From positions 1 to 30,719 of the forward strand of contig NW_021832661.1 of NCBI RefSeq assembly GCF_006345805.1: a stretch of 30,719 nucleotides of DNA, given 5' to 3'. Positions 22,560 to 30,719 of the stretch are shown one piece after another. The position numbers and the translations under genes are program-made. The stretch is from Octopus sinensis (taxonomy: Eukaryota). A model generated the notes under the pieces. That model saw nothing but the letters and a program-made list of their open reading frames with translations. It was not told the origin of the DNA and made no database searches. Positions within the stretch are counted from its first letter, which is position 1. Every line of letters starts with the position of its first letter.

Positions 22560-22745
22560 TTCAGTTCCTTACAAAAACTCTATTCGTCTAAAGCTCAAAA
22601 TTCAAAATCAGAAGCTTTAACGTTTCGCGCGAAGTACTTCATCGGAAAAAAACATATAAGTAAAGTAAAGTATCTGAGTGAAGGCTGAAGATAAATTAAG
22701 GAGAGAGTAGAAGAGAAACGGTCAATCAGTCACGGGTCAGGTGAA
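22560..22745 (-). mobile_element. Possible Penelope-like terminal fragment with hammerhead-like motif
   Basis: Minus strand TTTCCGATGAAGTACTTCGCGCGAAACGTTAAA at 22616-22648, preceded by a pyrimidine tract. Confidence 0.45.
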
Positions 22746-23279
22746 AACGCGTGCTATGGAGTGAGTCGGGAAGGGTGAATGGTGGGGTGTGGATGTGTGT
22801 CTATAGTGTATCGGTATATACATATATATATATATATACATACATATGTGCACACACACACGCACACACACACACACACACACATATATATGTATATATA
22901 TGCATATGCGTATGTGTACACAGAGACAGAGACAGGCGCACACACAGGCAAGCACAGACACACACTCATACCGTAACGATTCGTGCGTATGTTATTCTAT
23001 TTATACACCCTTCTTCATTTTTATAGACGTTTATCCACATGACTCAATCCTTATCACTTTGTCTTAATCCTCTTTTCTCTTTCTTTTCCCCTTCTTTCTT
23101 TCTTCCTTTTTTCGTTCTTCGTCTCTCTACAAGCATGCATGTGCAGAGCAGTTTCAAGGAAACGTAAACACCACGAAGACATCCACACACAAAACACACG
23201 CACTACCACACACACACACACATCACATCAGTGTAGAATATATATGCAAACATGAAAAGGAGAGAAGCAAATAAACACA

Positions 23280-23547
23280 AATATATCATATACATACATA
23301 CATACATATATACATACATGTGTGTGCATGTGCGTGTGTTTGCGTGTATGTGTGTGTGTGTAAGTAATGTATATAGGCATATATATATATATATATATGT
23401 GTGTGTATATATATAGATGTTACATATATATATATATATATACATATATATATACATATATATATATATAAATACATATATATTGAGTTGAAACGATATA
23501 TATATATATATATATATATATCTATATATATATATATATATATATAG

Positions 23548-23582
<35 letters not shown>

Positions 23583-23633
23583 ATATATATATATTATATA
23601 TATAAATACATATATATTGAGTTGAAACGATAT

Positions 23634-23707
<74 letters not shown>

Positions 23708-23730
23708 TATGTATGTATGTATATATATAT
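23280..23730. repeat. Long interrupted (TA)n array
   Basis: Direct reading; contains two inverted copies of its right flank. Confidence 0.9.
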
Positions 23731-24360
23731 CGTTTCAACTCAAAATCATTTTCTTCACCGGAAGCAACATGGCGCGACAACAACATCCGGAAAGACAGCT
23801 GGAAGAATCAACTGATATCAATAAACTATAAACATTCATGTGTTAAGATCTTATCGTAGACCAACTAAACTAGTCCAGGCTAACCTTACCTCACTCCAAT
23901 GCCTTAGATTCTCATCTGTCAGAATGGGAAGAATATATATAAACAGGAGAAATTCTTCAACCGAAATTTTGCTTTACAATCGCCTCCTATCTTTCACTTC
24001 CATCATATTTCACTTAAGGCCAAAAAAAAAGAAGAAAATGAACCAAAAATTTATCTGCATCGTGTAAAATAATAAGTGACGGAAAGGTATGATATATATG
24101 TATGATATAAATGTGTTATGTATGAATGCGCGCGTGTGCGTGTGAGTGCATGTGTGAGTGCGTGCGTGTGTGTGTTTGTGCGTGCATTCGAGCGATTGTA
24201 TGCGTGTATGAATGCATGTATGTTTGTGCGTATGTGGGATTCTATGTGAGTGAATATGTATACATGTATACACACACATATACTTTAATATAGATAACCA
24301 TAAATATGCATGTGCATATATATTTATGTATATATATACATACATATATATATGCATATT

Positions 24361-24411
<51 letters not shown>

Positions 24412-24648
24412 ATATGTGTGTGTGTGTATGATATGTATATACTTCTATATACAAATACGCCAAACCATGAATGAAATATCTTACAAGAGTACAGTTGACT
24501 TAAAATGGTTTGAGGCATCGAAACAAAAAAAGAACTTCACTTTTCTTAGGTATTTCTTTAATAGTATATATATACATAGCAGATGCATACATAACATACT
24601 GTATTCTTTATCTTATTTCCATCGTCCCACCATTTGTTCGTAAATTAC

Positions 24649-24649
<1 letters not shown>

Positions 24650-24706
<57 letters not shown>
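24650..24706. repeat. (CA)n microsatellite
   Basis: Direct reading. Confidence 0.95.
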
Positions 24707-24710
<4 letters not shown>

Positions 24711-24769
24711 GACGAATTTATCAGCTGTCAGTCGGCGCGACTATGATTGTTCATGGCGTTGTCATGATT

Positions 24770-25075
24770 TGATAAAATTTCTCCATACTAGTCGGTTTTT
24801 CGCTCGAATTTGCCAATTATTACGATCAATTCCTTTTCTCTTCATATTTCTTCCTGTAGTATTCTTGGAACTCAGACTCTCCCCTCAATGGTTTCATTTC
24901 CCCTTGCATCTTTGGGAGTAAAAGAGCTGCTTGTGGAGTCTGCTATTGTCCATCCTGTGAACGTGTCCCCACAACTTAAATTTTTACCAATGGCGATTTC
25001 CACTATAGTAAGCAGAGCAGTATGCCGGAGAATCTCTTCCTTCGTGATCTGTCAAAGAAAGTGATACATATTCAT
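24770..25075 (-). mobile_element. RTE-clade LINE 3' fragment, degenerate
   Basis: ITKEEILRH...WGHVHRMDNSRLHKQLFYSQ..KGK...IDRNNWQIRAKNRLVWRNFI matches the RTE LRW.GHV.RM...R.PKQL.Y C-terminus. Confidence 0.8.
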
Positions 25076-25094
25076 GTGTATACGTATCCATAGC

Positions 25095-25160
25095 CTACTA
25101 GTTATGGCGTCGTACTCAAGATTGCAAGATCGTGGTTTCTATTCCCTGACCGGGCGGTGC
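25095..25160 (+). mobile_element. Degenerate SINE B-like tRNA head
   Basis: GATCGTGGTTTCTATTCCCTGACCGGGCG versus family B GATCGCGGTTTCGATTCCCAGACCGGGCG. Confidence 0.5.
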
Positions 25161-25217
25161 GGTCTATTCCAGACTAAAACACCATATTCCTCGTTGTTTC
25201 CTCATCACATCGACGTC

Positions 25218-25635
25218 TTATTTCTTTACTGCCCACAAGGGGCTACACACAGAGGAGACAAACAAGGACAGACAAACGGACTAAGTAGATTATATCGGCC
25301 CCAATTTTCTACTGGTACTTATTTAATCGATCCCGAAAGGATGAAAGGCAAAGTCGACCTCGGCGGAATTTGAATTCAGAACGTAACGGCTGATGAAATA
25401 CCTAATTCTTTACTACCCACAAGGGGCTAAACACAGAGGGGACAAACAAGGACAAACAAACGGATTCAGTCGATTACATCGGCTCCAGTGCGTAACTGGT
25501 ACTTAATTTATCGACCCCGAAAGGATGAAAGGCAAAGTCGACCTCGGCGGAATTTGAACTCAGAACGTAATGGCTGACGAAATAGCGCTAAACATTTCGC
25601 CCGGCGTGCTAACGTTTCTGCCAGCTCGCCGCCTT
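25218..25635 (-). mobile_element. SINE family C dimer
   Basis: One head and two bodies; junction ATACC at 25398-25402. Confidence 0.9.
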
Positions 25636-25913
25636 ATGATCACTTCGACATCTGACGTGTAGCACACCGCGCACCTGTACAGCCAATGTCAATTTTACGG
25701 AAGGAATGAGCAATACAGATATTTGATCATTGATAAAATCATCATCCGTACAGGTTGTCCAGCAACTATTCGCTGAACTCTCATTTGTGATTTACGACGA
25801 TAGAGCCACCACATGTACACTCACATACATACACATACATACGCTCACACATACATACACACCCACATACACATAAACACGCATGCACGCACACACACAT
25901 ATAATAAATATAT

Positions 25914-26145
25914 ATTTCTGTACTACCTACAGGGGGCTAAACACAGAGGGGACAAACAAGGACAGGCAAAGGGATTAAGTCGATTACATCGACCCCAGTG
26001 CGTGACTGGTACTTAATTTATCGACCCCGAAAGGATGAAAGGCAAAGTCGACCTCGGCGGAATTTGAACTCGGAACGTAACGACAGATGAAATACGGCTA
26101 CGAATTTCGCCCGGCGTGCTAACGTTTCTACCAGCTCGCCGCCTT
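25914..26145 (-). mobile_element. SINE family C monomer
   Basis: Full head, body and tail 1. Confidence 0.9.
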
Positions 26146-26422
26146 ATAATAAATATAGATGTTAGAAATGCCTAAGAGCAGCGCACGACATACTAAACAC
26201 ATAACATACATAACATGCATAGTCTTAAAAAGTCGAACCCAGATTATCCAACCAGTTAGAAGACTAAATAACTGAAAATTATTTGAGAATGATTTCTGAA
26301 TTATCATTCCTGCAAGAAGTCCAAAAGAGTGCTTTAACTGGTACGTCACATATTTACTTCTATGTAAATATGTTTTCTACTTAACTTCGTTTGATTTTAC
26401 AAATGAACAATCTGCTGTGTTG

Positions 26423-26546
26423 AGTTTAATGGCCTATCACTGTATACAGAATGTATCTTTGCCCTAGGTATCGGGAAGACACTCGGTAAGAAACGGAAAC
26501 AAAATTAAGAAAAATTACAACTACTACTACTACTACTACTGCCACA

Positions 26547-26617
<71 letters not shown>

Positions 26618-26640
26618 ATAATAATAATAATAATAATAAT
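26423..26640. repeat. About 95-bp unit plus compound (CTA)/(CTG)/(ATA) microsatellite, copy 1
   Basis: Homologous to 29159-29448; 7 differences in the 84-nt core. Confidence 0.85.
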
Positions 26641-26836
26641 CCTTTCTACTGAAAGCACAAGGCCTGATAGTTTGGCGGATTATATCTGCCTCAGTGCTCG
26701 ACTCGAACTTAATTTATCGACCCCGAAATGATGAAAGGCAAATTCGACCTCGCCAGAATTTGAATTCAGACCATAAAGACGGACGAAATGCCGCTAAGCA
26801 TTTTCCGCGGCGTACTAACAACACTGCCAGCACGTC
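26639..26836 (-). mobile_element. SINE family C with tail 2, degenerate
   Basis: Family C body; tail AGGCCTTGTGCTTTCAGTAGAAAGG(ATT)n, related to 12459-12500. Confidence 0.75.
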
Positions 26837-26839
26837 AAC

Positions 26840-26872
<33 letters not shown>

Positions 26873-26904
26873 TAATAATAATGATAATAATGATAATAAT
26901 AATG

Positions 26905-26943
<39 letters not shown>

Positions 26944-26946
<3 letters not shown>

Positions 26947-27510
26947 TGCCAACATTATGGAATAATATGCCAACATTATGGAATAACAACAGAAAAAAGA
27001 TGGTATAGGCACACACCAGAAAAGGTCACAGAAAACGAGAAAGCAACCATACTCTGGGATATGCCGATACACACAGACAGAGAAATTAAGGCCAACAGAC
27101 CAGATATAGTTGTCAGAGACCATGTAGAAAAAAATGCTTTCTAATTGATGTATCAATACCGGCTGATGACAACGTGTCTCTAAAAGAAATGGAGAAACTC
27201 TCAAAATACAAAGACCTGGAAATAGAGGTAACTAGAATGTGGAATCTGAAAACAGAAACAATTCCTATCATAGTAGGTGCATTAGGCATGATAAAAAAAT
27301 ATTCAGACAAATACATAACAAAAACACCAGGACTTACAAACACATATAACATACAGAAAATTGCACTACTAGGCACTGCACACATCCTACGCAGAACACT
27401 TTCCATACAATAACCATCAGAGCATCACAACAAATCACAGCACATACCCAAGGCACACAGAGCTGCGCTCGGTAGTGAAGTGAAAGCACGCTATAAAAAT
27501 AAAACTACTG
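26944..27510 (+). mobile_element. 5'-truncated R4/Dong-clade non-LTR element (restriction-like endonuclease end plus 3' UTR) in an (AAT)n tract
   Basis: CQHYG..WYRH.P..V.ENEKATILWD..I.TD..I.ANRPDIVV.D / CFLIDVSIP.D.N...KE.EK..KY.DL..E..RMW.....PIIVGALG...ALLGTAHILR; single -1 frameshift in the A7 run at 27128-27134; (AAT)n on both sides. Confidence 0.9.
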
Positions 27511-27517
27511 AATAATG

Positions 27518-27610
<93 letters not shown>

Positions 27611-28181
27611 GGAAGAAGATCTTTAATGTTGAATTAACATAGAGACAACCCTTCAATATATGAGAAAGAGCGGAATGCTCCAGAAATATATTATAACAAC
27701 AATAGGATTAAAAATAGTTTTATCAAAGAACACCTGGAATAAGAGATTCAAGTTAAATCGCAAAGAATCCGTCAGTATGAAAAGCGACAACAATTCTTTG
27801 TACAAAACAAATATTTTGAGTGCAACGTAAAACGATTTTAACAGGAATTAGGCAAACCTAAAATAGAAACCCATAGAGTTCAGGATTTCCCTGGGTGAAT
27901 ATGAACAGTGATGGAATCGACACAGATGAGATTGCTCAAGACAACAGACACAGCATCTGGATACAAGAAGGATACCATAATAACACAAGAATTAGCCCTG
28001 AAGTTGTAAAAACAAGCCAAACGTTATCACCTGACTGACTTTAAAGAAAAACCATCTACTGGCTAAGCCAAAGATAAATATAGCTAGCCCTAAAAAATAA
28101 AGACCCCTAACATACCTTCGTGCAGGCTAAATATGCCGCAACTGCAACAATATCATGGATAATAAACATCTGGATAATACA

Positions 28182-28599
28182 ACCTATTTCTTTACTACCC
28201 AAAAGGCGCTAAACAGAGGGGACAAACAAGGACAGACACACGGATTAAGTCGATTACATCGACCCCAGTGCCTAACTGGTACTTATTTAATCGACTCCGA
28301 AAGGATGAAAGGCAAAGTCGACCTCGGCGGAATTTGAACTCAGAACGTAACGGCAGACGAAATACCTATTTCTTTACTACCCACAAGGGGTTAAACACAG
28401 AGAGGACGAACAAGGACAGACAAACGGATTAAGTCGATTATATCGACCCCAGTGCGTAACTGGTACTTAATTATCGACCCCGAAAGGATGAAAGGCAAAG
28501 TCGACCTCGGTGGAATTTGAACTCAGCACGTAACGGCAGACGAAATACCGCTAAGCATTTCGCCCGGCGTGCTAATGTTTCTGCCTGCACGCCGCCTTA
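28182..28599 (-). mobile_element. SINE family C dimer with a single TSD
   Basis: 18-bp repeat TGGATAATACAACCTATT at 28171-28188 and 28600-28617; internal junction at 28362-28366. Confidence 0.9.
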
Positions 28600-29158
28600 T
28601 GGATAATACAACCTATTCTTAGAAGAGCAGAAGGGGTGCTGTAAACTAAATATGGCTGAGAATATCAATTATTGATAAACAAAATTATAAATGAAGACGG
28701 TAGAAGCAAGAATGTTCGGAGCACAATGTAGATAGCCAACAAAATTACTTTTGATGTAGTTCGTTGTACTTGTATCCTTGTAAAATTTCCCTTGTCTAAT
28801 GTAGCAACAATGATAAAATATATTGAACATGTTATGAATAAATAATAAATAGTTTCGTAAATACAGACAAAAAGGAAAGGAATTATAAAAATTAATTACT
28901 TGACGAGGACTATTCCAAAAGAATTTTATTCTGTTCTCATTTATGTCATCATAGATATCTCTAAATGACTTTTTAAACACGAATAGACTCAAATATAAAT
29001 GCTATGGGAAGTGAGTCAACTATCATTTTAGATGAAAGGCCTCAAGCTGTGAGCTGCAGATGATAAACACGTAGTAATACTGCTACATACAGCACAGGGT
29101 TTTATTAGAGAAAGTAATATAAAATTCGATTTAGAAAACATGCTAAGCCAACCTATTT

Positions 29159-29254
29159 AGTTTAATGGCCTATCAATGTACACAGAGGGTATTTTTGCCC
29201 TAGGTATCGAGAAGACACTCGGAAAGAAACGGAAACAAAATTAAGAAGAAAAAT

Positions 29255-29297
<43 letters not shown>

Positions 29298-29301
29298 GCT
29301 G

Positions 29302-29369
<68 letters not shown>

Positions 29370-29391
29370 GCTGCTACTACTACTACTGCTG

Positions 29392-29433
<42 letters not shown>

Positions 29434-29448
29434 ATAATAATAATAATA
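29159..29448. repeat. About 95-bp unit plus compound microsatellite, copy 2
   Basis: Homologous to 26423-26640; begins where the old Dong RT homology breaks. Confidence 0.85.
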
Positions 29449-29481
29449 AACAGAGGGGACAAACAAGGACAGACACACGGA
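29448..29481 (-). mobile_element. SINE family C tail-1 remnant
   Basis: AAACAGAGGGGACAAACAAGGACAGACACACGGA. Confidence 0.7.
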
Positions 29482-29484
29482 TAT

Positions 29485-29517
<33 letters not shown>

Positions 29518-29734
29518 GTTTATATATATGTATATATATTATATATATATATAATATATATATATATAATATATATAAAAATAGAATATATACAATAGAA
29601 AGAAATATAATAAATAAGACTAATATCCTGCTTGATAAAGTAACAGAAATGAGAGAATAAAATGAAACACGTGCGTAGAAATATTTAGGGACCTGTGGAC
29701 TCAACAATGTACAACATACACATAGTAGAGATGA

Positions 29735-30362
29735 GATTGGACACCTTTGAGAGTAAATATATACGCAAAATTCTTGGCATTACATGCTGTGACTTTGTCA
29801 TTGACCAAGAATTGCGTCAATGAACTAACCAACAACATTCGTCTACGTTTGTAAACGCCATCTGAGATGGTTGGGTCACGGTATACGACCTTCATATAAA
29901 AGGCGGCGAGCTGGCAGAAACGTTAGCACGCCGGATGAAATGCTTAGCGGTATTTCGTCTGTCGTTACGTTGTGAGTTCAAATTCCGCCGAGGTTGACTT
30001 TGCCTTTCATCCTTTTGGGGTCGATAAATTAAGTACCAGTTCCGCACTGGGGTCGATGTAATCGACTTAATACCTATGTCCGTCCTTGTTTGTCCCCTCT
30101 ATGTTTAACCCCTTGTGGGTAATAAAGAAATAGGTATATGACCTTCAAGTGAAAGACTCACCAATTAAGTCCTTCAATGGAAATCCTATTGAAAGAGACG
30201 GAGAGGACGCCCAGATATGAATTAGTAGCAAGCAATCAACAGGGACATGCAACTGCTTGACAGAATATATAATGTTGGTTTGAGAGAAGCGAAGGTTCGC
30301 GAAATCATTGGTGCAGTTTGAGTGCCTCATGCATCTCGAGATTTGAGAACCTCCAAGTCTGA
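29735..30362 (+). mobile_element. RTE-clade LINE 3' fragment inserted in the old Dong, itself split by a SINE C
   Basis: LDTFESKYIRKILGI...ELRQ...KRHLRWLGH / RRRGRP...AINRDMQLL; ends in CAAGT-like tail. Confidence 0.75.
29900..30137 (+). mobile_element. SINE family C monomer with TSD
   Basis: 15-bp repeat GGTATA(C/T)GACCTTCA at 29880-29894 and 30133-30147. Confidence 0.9.
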
Positions 30363-30719
30363 GTTTAGAAAGAAATGATAAAGACGCATCAAATTCATAC
30401 TTGAACATAGCAAAAACACCTAAGTCCACGAGGACCTACTCACAGCGAAATCCCTCCAGTCTTTTATGGCGATGGGGATAATGCAGAGGCAAAAGAAGGG
30501 AGACAGATTAGTTTTCAAGAATCAAGAAAATGACCCAATGAAAACAATAAAAAAATGCAATAAAATAATATGGGGGCTACACGCTCTCTGCAGGGGAACC
30601 AATCTTTTACTTGCATGATATGAAATTCATAACCCTTTGCAAAACTAACAAAGGGGTAATGAGACACTTATACGAAATACACCAAGAATTTCCATTCATG
30701 TAAGAAGAGCAAAGGAAAT

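Larger units (their letters stand above)
27640..30500 (+). mobile_element. Ancient R4/Dong-clade RT fragment, broken by nested insertions
   Basis: Collinear remnants: KSQRIRQYEKR..F.QNK (27755-27810), EEQKGC..YQLLINK (28622-28680), SQLSF*MKGLKL*A (about 29015-29055; HLLYMDDLKLYA), KYLG (29679-29690), RKK**RRIKFIL (30367-30402). Confidence 0.75.

Noticed and set aside
23757-23830. CCGGAAG (ETS-like) and AACATGGCG (YY1/Kozak-like) motifs with a 20-codon ORF
   Set aside because: Short motifs, the ORF stops quickly with no donor, and it lies between microsatellites; not enough for a promoter call
146-29707. Most ORF-track entries (YIYI, HTHT, VCVC, poly-I/L/N/S, and recurring peptides such as AKETDRISTELTK or KFRRG)
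   Set aside because: They are translations of microsatellites or stop-poor SINE sequence and recur wherever those repeats occur
30281-30306. TGAGAGAAGCGAAGGTTCGCGAAA hairpin resembling a hammerhead
   Set aside because: Core spacing is wrong and it lies within the RTE coding remnant

Overview
AT-rich, microsatellite-dense animal genomic DNA, most likely an octopus or other coleoid cephalopod (inferred from the repeat families, not proven). It looks intronic or intergenic and is made mostly of retroposon debris. I see three tRNA-headed SINE families (named A, B and C here; about 28 copies or fragments) and decayed LINE pieces of the RTE, CR1 and R4/Dong clades. There is also an internally deleted mariner, two mariner MITEs, and Penelope-like terminal fragments with degenerate hammerhead-like motifs. 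No complete protein-coding gene, rRNA, genuine tRNA or CRISPR array is supported, and most ORFs in the track are microsatellite or SINE artefacts. The best leads are: (1) SINE C target-site duplications start with the SINE's own 3'-terminal bases, and SINE C forms head-to-tail ~183-bp multimers at the same motif; (2) extensive SINE module swapping, with the CR1 tail donor of SINE A visible in the window; (3) hammerhead-like motifs; (4) three phase-compatible, Tyr-rich candidate host exons at 12-16 kb; (5) a short repeated unit at 26.4 and 29.2 kb. All alignments were done by eye, so boundaries of degenerate elements are approximate.
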